From Acidobacteriota bacterium (GTDB taxonomy: Bacteria; Acidobacteriota; UBA890; WLXD01), in the NCBI GenBank assembly GCA_963666055.2, contig CAXWPH010000014.1, positions 448,001 through 512,000 of the forward strand: DNA of 64,000 bases, read 5' to 3'. The notes beneath the pieces are model-generated. The model searched no databases. It was given only the letters and a program-made list of their open reading frames with translations, and had not been told where the DNA came from. The position numbers and the translations under genes are program-made. Below, one piece after another: positions 47,950 to 56,359 of this stretch; position 1 is the first letter of the stretch; every line of letters starts with the position of its first letter.

Positions 47950-50156
47950 GCGTCCGGAACGTGAGCGTCGAGGTCGACGTCGCCAGTGTCGCCGAGGTTT
48001 TCGGCGAGTTCACCGACGAGCAACGGTGGGTCTGCTGGCGGGCGGAAGATCGCGGAGGCAGGCCGACCAAGGTCCCCTACCAGCCGGACGGGCGCCGGGC
48101 GTCTTCGACCGATCCCACGACGTGGTCGACCCTCGACGACGCGGTCCAGGCACATGTCCGCGAAGGGTACTCCGGTATCGGCATCGTGCTCGGGCGCGGG
48201 CTCGGAGGGGTTGATCTCGACGCGTGCCGCAACCCGGAGACGGGTGAGATCGCTGGGTGGGCGCGGGGGGGCATTCAGGAGTTTCACAGCTACACCGAGA
48301 TCAGCCCCAGTGGTACGGGGGTCAAGATCCTCGCGCTGGGTGCACCGGCCGCGTTGCCGGCCTCGGTGCTGCCGATGCCCGGCGAACCGATCGACGGCAA
48401 ACGTCCAGCGCTGGAGGCGTACGTCTCGGGCCGCTACTTCGCGCTCACGGGCAATGCCGTCAACGGCGGTGGCATCGCGGACGCCGGCGAGGCCTGGGGC
48501 CGCCTGAGCGCCAAGCTGGCAGAGCACGCCGTGCGCAACGGCGGGGGCGCCCGCCGGGAGCGCGAACCCACCGGCTCAACAGAAATCCCCGAGGAGCTGT
48601 GGCCCGCCCTGGAGGACGAGACCACCGCAGCCGGCCGGCTCTGGCGAGGTGAAAAGGACGGAGGGGACAAGTCCGGATCCGGGCTGGACGCGAGCCTCGC
48701 AGCAACGCTCGGCGCGATGGGGTTCCCCGACAAGGCCATCGAGGCCGCGCTGAGGAGCTACCGGCACGGGCAGGTTTCGGCGACCCAGGACGACCGGCAG
48801 GTGGCGCGCCTGCTGGGGATCGCCGCCCGGGCACGTGGAGAGCGGTCCGAGGATCACGGGCTCAGCCACGACGGCCTGGCGCTGGAGCTGGGTGACGCTT
48901 GGCCCGACGCCCGCTACGTGGCCGCGTGGGGGCGATGGCTGTTCTGGGATGGGGCTCGCTGGGCGCCGGACAAGACCCTGCTGCATATGACGCGATGCCG
49001 TGACTTCTTGCGACACAAGGCCGAGCGCAAGGCCAAGGGCGACAAGCTCCGGAGCGCCCACACCATCGCTCAGGTGATCGGGCTCGCGCGCAGCAACGCC
49101 AACCAGGCAGCCGACGTCGGTCAGTGGGACCGCGACCAGATGCTGCTCGGCACGCCGGGCGGCACCGTCGACCTGCGTACTGGCGAGCTGCGAGACCCGC
49201 GACCAGACGACTACATCACGAAGGTGACCGCCGTCGAGCCCGCGCCACCCGGGACGCCGACGCCCATATGGGACACGTTCCTCCGCCGCATCATGGCGGA
49301 GGACACGGACCTGATCGGGTACTTGCGGCGGTTCGCCGGTTATGCGCTCACCGGCAGCATCGAGGAGCATGCTTTCGTCTTCGGCTACGGGACCGGCGCC
49401 AACGGCAAGGGCGTGTTCACCGGGACAGTACAAGGCGTCCTCGGCGACTACGCCAACACTGTGCCGACCGAGATGCTGATGGTGACGCGAAACGAGCGCC
49501 ACCCGACTGAGCTGGCGCGGCTTGGGGGTGTGCGCCTTGCGATCGGTTCCGAGACAGAGGTCGGCAGGACCTGGGCCCAGGGGCGTATCAAGTCGCTCAC
49601 CGGCGGCGACCGGATCGCGGCGCGGTTCATGCGGCAGGACTTCTCCGAGTTTGACCCGACGTTCAAACTGTTCATCGTTGGCAACCACAAGCCGTTCCTG
49701 CGCGGCGTGGACGAGGCCATCCGACGCCGGCTTCACCTTGTGCCGTTCATTGTCAAGATCCCGGCCGCCGAGCGGGACCCGAAGCTGTCCGAGAAGCTCC
49801 GCGCCGAGTGGCCGGGGATCCTACGCTGGGCAATCGACGGCTGCCTCGAATGGCAGGAACGGGGGCTTGATCCACCGGGGGCTGTTTTGGCGGCGACCGA
49901 CGAGTATCTCGCCGGCGAGGACACTGTGGGCCGTTGGCTGGAGGAGCGCGTCACGGAGAATCCCCAGCGCTGGGCATCGTCCGCAGATCTCTACGAGAGC
50001 TGGCGACAGTGGACCGAGACCGCCGGCGAGTTCTTGATTTCTAAGAAACGCCTCAGCCAGCAGCTACAGGATCGCGGCTTCGAGCCCCTCACGCGCTCCA
50101 ACCAGCGCGGATATCGCGGGCTGATGCCAGAGCCCGGGGGAGGGCCAGAATCATGA
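47946..50156 (+). CDS. NrS-1-like primase-polymerase fused to a D5/P4-family SF3 helicase
   Basis: WVCW, TKVPY, VDLD, YTEISPSGTG, EAY..GRYFALTG; D5_N WLFWDGARW; Walker A GTGANGKG; KSLTGGD; GNHKP. Confidence 0.88.
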   Translation: MSVRNVSVEVDVASVAEVFGEFTDEQRWVCWRAEDRGGRPTKVPYQPDGRRASSTDPTTWSTLDDAVQAHVREGYSGIGIVLGRGLGGVDLDACRNPETGEIAGWARGGIQEFHSYTEISPSGTGVKILALGAPAALPASVLPMPGEPIDGKRPALEAYVSGRYFALTGNAVNGGGIADAGEAWGRLSAKLAEHAVRNGGGARREREPTGSTEIPEELWPALEDETTAAGRLWRGEKDGGDKSGSGLDASLAATLGAMGFPDKAIEAALRSYRHGQVSATQDDRQVARLLGIAARARGERSEDHGLSHDGLALELGDAWPDARYVAAWGRWLFWDGARWAPDKTLLHMTRCRDFLRHKAERKAKGDKLRSAHTIAQVIGLARSNANQAADVGQWDRDQMLLGTPGGTVDLRTGELRDPRPDDYITKVTAVEPAPPGTPTPIWDTFLRRIMAEDTDLIGYLRRFAGYALTGSIEEHAFVFGYGTGANGKGVFTGTVQGVLGDYANTVPTEMLMVTRNERHPTELARLGGVRLAIGSETEVGRTWAQGRIKSLTGGDRIAARFMRQDFSEFDPTFKLFIVGNHKPFLRGVDEAIRRRLHLVPFIVKIPAAERDPKLSEKLRAEWPGILRWAIDGCLEWQERGLDPPGAVLAATDEYLAGEDTVGRWLEERVTENPQRWASSADLYESWRQWTETAGEFLISKKRLSQQLQDRGFEPLTRSNQRGYRGLMPEPGGGPES

Positions 50157-50157
50157 G

Positions 50158-50300
50158 CGTACGCGTCGTACGGGTGCGCCGGTTTCGGACGCATGCCCGA
50201 GAATACCTATCGTACGGGTGCCCCCTTTTTGGACGTATAGCTATCCGGCATAACGCGCGCGCGCGTTACGTCCTATATAGGGGGACGTGTACGACGCGTA
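50158..50300. repeat. ori-like repeat region downstream of primase 1
   Basis: TCGTACGGGTGC twice, IR TACGCGTCGTAC/GTACGACGCGTA, palindromes TAACGCGCGCGCGCGTTA and CCTATATAGG. Confidence 0.6.
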
Positions 50301-50448
50301 TCGGCCGGGTCGGTGCTCATACGGGCGTTACGGCGGCCGCTCCCGCCCCTCCTTCCTCGCATTCTTCCGCGTACGGCTCGACCCGCGCGCCGGGCTCGTC
50401 GAGCATCTGCGAGCCGCGGCATTCCGTGGCATGGAAGCTTGAAAGCCG

Positions 50449-51018
50449 TTGAATGATAGGGACTTACAAGAGCAAGTTAGGGTGACAGCCCGAAGGTCAA
50501 GCGAGGCATCCGGGGGGCAAGCTCGGCCGTTTCGAGAACTCGACACCGATGGCACCGAGTCGGCCCGTGCTGTCAGCACCGCGCTCGAGGCCGTACAGGA
50601 GCGTCCAGACCGGGACCCGAAGACGGGGCAATTCGTAAAAGGCAATCAGGTAGCCGGGCGCTCGAGATGGCCGGCACGCTCGGAGGCGTTTTGGTCCGAG
50701 GTCTCCGCCGCGAAACGTGAACTCGCCGAGCGGGTGCTCACCGACCTAGGCGCGGACGATGGCGCCGCGGCGGAGACGCTCGTCGGCGTCGCTGACGGGT
50801 ACGCCGAAGCTCGGGTCCTACGACACGCGATGTTTCTTCGTTTGATCGAGCTGGGCGGACCGGTGACCACGAAAGGCAAAGCCCGCGCTCTGTTCTCGTC
50901 GTACCTACAAGCGCTCGATCGCGAGACGCGGCTGGCGCAAACGCTCGGCCTCGAGCGCAGGGCGAAGGCTGTCTCGCTGGCCGATGCGATCAATGATCGC
51001 CAAAAGGCGGGAACGTAG
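50449..51018 (+). CDS. Hypothetical protein, possible terminase small subunit
   Basis: RDPKTGQFVKGN motif, helical, directly upstream of terL; start uncertain. Confidence 0.5.
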   Translation: MNDRDLQEQVRVTARRSSEASGGQARPFRELDTDGTESARAVSTALEAVQERPDRDPKTGQFVKGNQVAGRSRWPARSEAFWSEVSAAKRELAERVLTDLGADDGAAAETLVGVADGYAEARVLRHAMFLRLIELGGPVTTKGKARALFSSYLQALDRETRLAQTLGLERRAKAVSLADAINDRQKAGT

Positions 51019-51022
51019 GCGG

Positions 51023-52624
51023 ATGAGCGGTGCACAAGAGTACACGCCGCGTGAGTTCCGGTCCTTGTGGCCGGAGTTCGACGCCGACTCATGGGCACCG
51101 TGGGCCTCGGTCGAGGACGCCATGTTTGGCGTCGAGCCGGAGGACACCGAACTGGTGCGGCGCATCACCGGCCGCGAGCGCGTGCCATCCGACCCCGTCA
51201 AAGAGTTCTGGGCAATCGTCGGCCGCGGTGGGGGCAAGTCGCGCTTCTGTGCTCGGCTCGCTGTCTACTTCGCCTGCGGACGCGCCTACAGGCGCGTCCC
51301 TGGCGAGCGGATCTTCATCGGCATCTTCGCGCCTGATCGAAAGCAGGCGGGCGTCATGTTCCGCTACGTGCTCGGCTTACTGCGCGCCGTGCCGGCTCTC
51401 GAGCGCATGGTTCGCCGCTCCCTGCGCGAGAGCGTCGATCTTGACAATGGCGTCACCATCGAAGTCATCACCGCCTCCAAGGCGGCGCCGCGCGGCCGCT
51501 CTTACGCATTGGCAATCGTCGAAGAGGCCGCGTTCTTGCCCGCTGACGACGCTACCGACCCAGACAAGGAACTGCTGCGTGCGCTACGGCCCGCTCTCGC
51601 TCGCGTGCCGGGGTCGGTGCTTGCGGTTGTATCGAGCCCCTACGCACGCCGGGGCGAGCTGTGGCGGACCTGGAAGGAGCGCTTCGGCAAGGACGACTCC
51701 GATTCCGTGCTCGTTGTGCAGGCCGATACGCTGACGCTGAATCCGGCTTTCGACGAGCGGGAGATCGAGCGCGCATACGCCGAAGACCCCGTTGCGGCTT
51801 CTGCGGAGTACGGTGCCCAGTTTCGAACCAACGTCTCAGGCTTCATCTCGCGTGAGGCTGTCGAGGGCTGCACGGTGCCCGGCCGGCGTGAGCTGCCACC
51901 GGTGCAGGGGGTCAGCTACACCGGTTTCGTTGACTTTGCGGGTGGCTCCGGGCAGGACTCCGCTACGTTGGCGATCACGCACCTCGAGTTCCGCGAAGAG
52001 CGCAGCATGGGCGTCCTCGACTTGGTGCGAGAGGTCCGGCCGCCGTTCTCTCCGGAGCAGGTGTGTCGCGACTTCGCCGGCGATCTGAAGCGCTACCGGG
52101 TCACCCGCGCGACAGCCGATCGCTACGCTGCCGACTTCGCGACAGAGGCGATGAGACGGCAGGGGATCGACCTCAAGGCGGCAGACAAGGCGAAGACCGA
52201 TCTGTACCGTGAGTTCTTGCCCGCACTCAACAGTGGCGGCATCGAGCTGCTAGATCTGCCGCGACTAGCAGCCCAGCTCGGTGGCCTCGAGAGGCGTGTG
52301 GCCCGTGGTGGCCGCGACAGCATAGATCATGCTCCCGGCGGCCACGATGACGTCGCCAACGCTGTCGCCGGTGCGCTGGTTGCGATAGCGGAAGGGAAGC
52401 GCCGGCGCTGGGGCATCGTCCTGAGCGCAAGAGAGACCGCCGCGACGGGTTGCGCCGATACGAGCTCGCTCGCCGAGCGCGCACGACAACTCGGCGTCAG
52501 TGGCAGTTGGGATGAAATGTTCCGCGCCGTGGCACGTGCCCACGGGGGCGAGCAACAGCAGGCCGGAAGCTCGGCAGAAGAAGAATTCATCCCCGGCGGA
52601 CCGCAGCGCATCGGGATGCTCTGA
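51023..52624 (+). CDS. terL: Terminase large subunit
   Basis: Walker A GRGGGKS, Walker B AIVEEAAF, motif III SSP, nuclease VDFAGGSGQDS and HDDVANA. Confidence 0.82.
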   Translation: MSGAQEYTPREFRSLWPEFDADSWAPWASVEDAMFGVEPEDTELVRRITGRERVPSDPVKEFWAIVGRGGGKSRFCARLAVYFACGRAYRRVPGERIFIGIFAPDRKQAGVMFRYVLGLLRAVPALERMVRRSLRESVDLDNGVTIEVITASKAAPRGRSYALAIVEEAAFLPADDATDPDKELLRALRPALARVPGSVLAVVSSPYARRGELWRTWKERFGKDDSDSVLVVQADTLTLNPAFDEREIERAYAEDPVAASAEYGAQFRTNVSGFISREAVEGCTVPGRRELPPVQGVSYTGFVDFAGGSGQDSATLAITHLEFREERSMGVLDLVREVRPPFSPEQVCRDFAGDLKRYRVTRATADRYAADFATEAMRRQGIDLKAADKAKTDLYREFLPALNSGGIELLDLPRLAAQLGGLERRVARGGRDSIDHAPGGHDDVANAVAGALVAIAEGKRRRWGIVLSARETAATGCADTSSLAERARQLGVSGSWDEMFRAVARAHGGEQQQAGSSAEEEFIPGGPQRIGML

Positions 52625-52625
52625 A

Positions 52626-52994
52626 ATGACGAAGGCGCATGCAACGCTGTCGGCCAGCATAGGCTCACCGGCGAAGAAGTCGCCGCACGTGTTGAAAGCG
52701 GCGTTGAAGGGCATTCTGTCGCGACCCACGCGCTGGCACCTGCGCCGGGTCGGCAAGTTCCCGGAGCCGATCAAGGCGACTGCCGAGCGCTCCCTGCACT
52801 GGGCCACAGACATCAACGCCTGGATGGATGACCCGCGGGAGTGGGGCGCGGAAACACGGGCGGGGGACTTCGTGAGTCGCCCTCGTCGCGGCGGATGGTT
52901 GGTAACTTGCCCGTGCTGCGGGGCGAACGAGGGGGCGGAGTTCGCGGACATTTGGGCAGGCGCAGAACTGAGCTCTTCTGCGAGGACGCAATGA
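52626..52994 (+). CDS. Hypothetical protein (CPCC motif)
   Basis: Lies between terL and primase 2; ATGA overlap with the next gene. Confidence 0.55.
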   Translation: MTKAHATLSASIGSPAKKSPHVLKAALKGILSRPTRWHLRRVGKFPEPIKATAERSLHWATDINAWMDDPREWGAETRAGDFVSRPRRGGWLVTCPCCGANEGAEFADIWAGAELSSSARTQ

Positions 52995-55366
52995 GCTTCA
53001 CGTGCGTCGACGTCGCTCGGGCCGCGGGATTGGAGAAGGGCCGTCGCGTCGGCGCGGAGAGGTTGTTCCGGTGTTGCCAGCATGACGACACTCGGCCCTC
53101 TCTGTCGATCAATGAGCGCAAGAACCGGTGGATTTGCGGGCCGTGTGAGGCTGGTGGCGGGGCCTGGAAACTGGCGGCGTTCCTTGGCGGCTTCGATCCG
53201 GACGACAAGCAGGCCGTACTCTCGTGGCTCCGCGACCACGATCTGCTTGATGGCGAGCGGGTCTCGTCGAAGTTCGTTGCCACTCACGACTACACGGACC
53301 ACGCCGGTGAGCTACTGTTCCAGGTCGTGCGCCTGCGGCCCAAGTCCTTCCGACAACGGCGTCCGGACGGCAACGGCGGGTGGGTGTGGAACGTCGACGG
53401 TGTGCGCCGCGTGTTGTACCGGCTGCCCGAGCTTGGCACGGCCACGGTCGTGCACATCAACGAGGGAGAAAAGGACGCCGACGCACTTCACGGCATCGGT
53501 CTCTCGGCCACATGTAACCCCGGGGGTGCGGGGAAGTGGCGGGACGAGTACACGGAGTCCTTCACTGCCGAGCACCAGGTCGTTGTCTTGCCGGACAACG
53601 ACGACGCCGGTCGCCGGCACGCCGAGACGGTGGCCGCATCACTGCACGGTCAGGTCGCGTCGGTGAAGGTGCTCCAGCTGCCGGACCTAGCTCCCAAGGG
53701 GGATGTCACGGACTTCATCAACGCGTGCAGGGACGCGGAGGAAGCTGCCGAGCGGCTTGCCACCATAGCGAATGGGGCGGATCAATGGGAGCCGCAGGCT
53801 GCCGACGAACCGACTGTGGAGGACCGCTGCACAACCATCGAGATCCGGCCCGACCTGACTGGCGTAACCGATGAGGCCATCGACGCGATAGCCGCGCAGC
53901 CGAGCCTCGGAGTCTACGTCCGCGGCCGCCAACTCGTGCGCGTCGCGCGGGACGGGTCTCCGCCGGAGTGCTGGCTGGAGCGATGGCCCGGGTCTCCGGT
54001 GATCGTTCCCATGGCGAGCGCACAGGTACTCGACGTCCTCGACCGAGCCGCCGCGTGGGTGAAGTTCGACGGCCGCCGCAAGGAGTATGTTGCCGCGATA
54101 CCGCCATCGTGGGTCGCGCAGCAGGTGGGTGCAAGGCTGGAGTGGCCGCTGCCGTACCTGGAGGCGGTTACCGAGACGCCGACCATCCGGTCTGACGGGT
54201 CGATCCTGGAGACGCCGGGGTGGGACCAGGCGTCCCGTCTCCTATACGAGCCGATCCCGGGAGCAGCGACGTGGCCGCCGGTGCCGGAGCAACCGACTGG
54301 GGAGGACGTACGCCGTGGCATCGCGATGCTGCGGGACCCATTGGAAGACTTCCCTTTCAAAGCGGAATCGGACGGTGCGGCCGCCATCGCGGTCATTCTG
54401 ACTCTGTTGGCGCGGCACCTCATTCACGGGCCGGTTCCGTTGATGGCCATTCGGGCGCCGACGCCGGCGACCGGCAAAACGCTGTTGGCCGACGTTATCG
54501 GGATCATGGGCACAGGGCGTGTCCCGCCCGTTATGACGATGACCTTCGAGTCGGAGGAGCTGCGGAAGCGGGTTACCTCCCTTGCGGTCGAGGGTGCTGC
54601 GCTAATCCTCCTCGACAACGTGTCGGGCACCCTTGGGTCCGACACCCTAGCCGCCGCGCTGACGGCGACCGACTGGGAAGACCGCATCCTCGGGACGAAC
54701 ACGGTTGTCCGCGTGCCGCTGCGCGTGGTGTGGATGGTGACCGGCAACAATCTCGGCTTTCGTCGCACGCTCGGACGGCGTGTGATCCCGATCGACCTGG
54801 ACGCGGGGGTGGAGCAGCCGGAGGACCGGGTCGGATTCCGCCACGCGGACCTGAGGGGGCACGTCCGCGAGCGCCGGCCGCACCTGGTGACCGCGGCCCT
54901 GACGATCCTGCGAGCGTTTCACCTAGCAGGTCGGCCGGCGCACGGGGGACCACGCATGGGCAGCTTCGAGGCCTGGGATGACCTGATCCGATCCGCGGTC
55001 ATCTGGGCCAGCTTGGCCGACCCTGCGTCCGCGGATCCGGAGCACGGACGGGGGCGAGTACGGTCGCAAGCGGATGACGATACGGAGACGCTGCGGCTGC
55101 TGCTGCGCGCGTTGGCCGACGCCTTTCCCCGCGGCGACTTTACGGCCGCGGACGTGGTGACCCGCTCGCGCAGTGACGAGGATCTAGCCGCTGCGCTGGA
55201 CGTAGCGGCTGCGCCGAGACGTGGTGGGAAGCCGACCGGCCGATCGTTGGGGTACGCGTTCCGGAATGCAGTTGACCGACCGGTCGGAGGCCTCGTGCTG
55301 CGCCGGTGGATGCAAGGGCGATCTGGGGTTGTCTGGCTGGTCGAGAGCCCGGAGGAGACGCGGTGA
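52991..55366 (+). CDS. Zn-finger/TOPRIM primase fused to a P-loop (SF3-like) ATPase
   Basis: CCQHDDTRPSL...CGPC, EGEKDAD, NPGGAGKW, PDNDDAG, PATGKT, LLDNV, TGNN. Confidence 0.85.
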   Translation: MSFTCVDVARAAGLEKGRRVGAERLFRCCQHDDTRPSLSINERKNRWICGPCEAGGGAWKLAAFLGGFDPDDKQAVLSWLRDHDLLDGERVSSKFVATHDYTDHAGELLFQVVRLRPKSFRQRRPDGNGGWVWNVDGVRRVLYRLPELGTATVVHINEGEKDADALHGIGLSATCNPGGAGKWRDEYTESFTAEHQVVVLPDNDDAGRRHAETVAASLHGQVASVKVLQLPDLAPKGDVTDFINACRDAEEAAERLATIANGADQWEPQAADEPTVEDRCTTIEIRPDLTGVTDEAIDAIAAQPSLGVYVRGRQLVRVARDGSPPECWLERWPGSPVIVPMASAQVLDVLDRAAAWVKFDGRRKEYVAAIPPSWVAQQVGARLEWPLPYLEAVTETPTIRSDGSILETPGWDQASRLLYEPIPGAATWPPVPEQPTGEDVRRGIAMLRDPLEDFPFKAESDGAAAIAVILTLLARHLIHGPVPLMAIRAPTPATGKTLLADVIGIMGTGRVPPVMTMTFESEELRKRVTSLAVEGAALILLDNVSGTLGSDTLAAALTATDWEDRILGTNTVVRVPLRVVWMVTGNNLGFRRTLGRRVIPIDLDAGVEQPEDRVGFRHADLRGHVRERRPHLVTAALTILRAFHLAGRPAHGGPRMGSFEAWDDLIRSAVIWASLADPASADPEHGRGRVRSQADDDTETLRLLLRALADAFPRGDFTAADVVTRSRSDEDLAAALDVAAAPRRGGKPTGRSLGYAFRNAVDRPVGGLVLRRWMQGRSGVVWLVESPEETR

Positions 55367-55487
55367 TGACGTTGATCGCGGTGATGGATCCTCCGTACGC
55401 GCGGGGAAGTGGCGGCTGCAGGGCGGTTTCCGGTGTGCGAATCGGGGTCCTGGGGCGGTATCCATCGCCACCATCGCCGCCATCACC
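55362..55487. repeat. Opposed 9-bp-period iterons downstream of primase 2 (ori-like)
   Basis: GGTGATGAC GTTGATCGC GGTGATGG ... CCATCGCCA CCATCGCCG CCATCACC. Confidence 0.62.
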
Positions 55488-55513
55488 ACCGGCAGCGGCC
55501 TGCTGACGGGACA

Positions 55514-55602
55514 GGCCACGACGACGTCGCCAATGCGGTCGCCGGGGCGCTGGCAGCGGTGGCGAGGGAACGTCGACCACGCTGGGGCGTTGCCTGAGCG
55601 CA
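55514..55602 (+). pseudogene. Diverged second copy of the terL nuclease end
   Basis: GHDDVANAVAGALAAVARERRPRWG versus GHDDVANAVAGALVAIAEGKRRRWG at about 52340-52428. Confidence 0.8.
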
Positions 55603-55723
55603 GAGGAGGAAGAAAGTCGTTCACGTCGCCAGCCGCGCTCGTCTTGTTGACATTGCCGGCTTGGAACCGGACACGGAGGTCCAGCCCCCTCCGGGGCCGC
55701 CGGGTTGGCGTGAACAGGTTCAA

Positions 55724-55781
55724 TTAGGTTCAGGACCTAGTGGGCTTCGGCCCGTGGGGGTTCAAGTCCATCCTTGGGAAC
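55724..55781 (+). pseudogene. Degenerate tRNA-Leu(CAG) 3' fragment (att relic)
   Basis: TTAGG-TTCAGGA-CCTAG anticodon arm, long variable arm GGGCTTCGGCCC, GGGGGTTCAAGTCC T arm; no 5' half. Confidence 0.7.
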
Positions 55782-56048
55782 TTCGGTTTAACCTCTTATA
55801 AAATAAGAAGATACCAAGGGTAATGGGGCATTTCGTTTTCGGTTCCCTCTCGCCACTTTAGCGGCGAAAGTTAACAAACAGTTAACAAAACGGTCGCGAA
55901 TGCGTCGGCAGCGGCAGTAATGGGTGCCGGTTGCCGACGAGGAGACATCGTACGCTCGATGCAGTGGGCCGACACAGCATAGCAAGTTCCTTATCAAGCT
56001 TGCCGACTCTCTCGGCATCATCAAAGAACCACCAGGCTAGATCATGGA

Positions 56049-56261
56049 TCATGCCCGCGAACTTTCGCCGCCATGCGTACAACATCTGCGGGCTCACCCC
56101 CATCTTCCGGCAGATCTAGCACACCGGCGTCCCCGCGACCGCGCGTACGCGATCTGCCCCGTCCGTGTACTTCTTCTTCTTCATCGGTCCTCCCTGTTCG
56201 AGGACCACGTTACTCCGATTCCGTCAACCTCCAGCTGGACCAGTTCTCGGGGTTTGGGTCA
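56049..56261 (-). mobile_element. IS3-family left end and degenerate orfA
   Basis: Begins TGACCC; GGAGG RBS; MKKKKYTD...ICRKMGVSPQMLYAWRRKFAGM with indels and a stop. Confidence 0.7.
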
Positions 56262-56359
56262 CGACTCAGGCTGCAGTCATGTCGCCCAGCCTCACTCTGC
56301 ACCCCGGCGCGCCTTCCTCACTTCTATCTGGCGCCCGCAGCCCACATATCCCCGTACCC

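Larger units (their letters stand above)
45157..55600. mobile_element. Integrated phage-satellite-like element (right boundary uncertain)
   Basis: att fragment, integrase, divergent XRE/xis genes, primase-helicase, terS-like, terL and a second primase; no capsid, portal or tail genes. Confidence 0.7.

Noticed and set aside
50153-50452. 99-aa ORF after primase 1
   Set aside because: It overlaps the repeat/palindrome region and has low-complexity composition, so it is better explained as non-coding ori.
55880-56040. Possible integrase C-terminal remnant (...TAAADAFATVL) next to the tRNA-Leu relic
   Set aside because: Too degenerate; no catalytic motif is recognisable.
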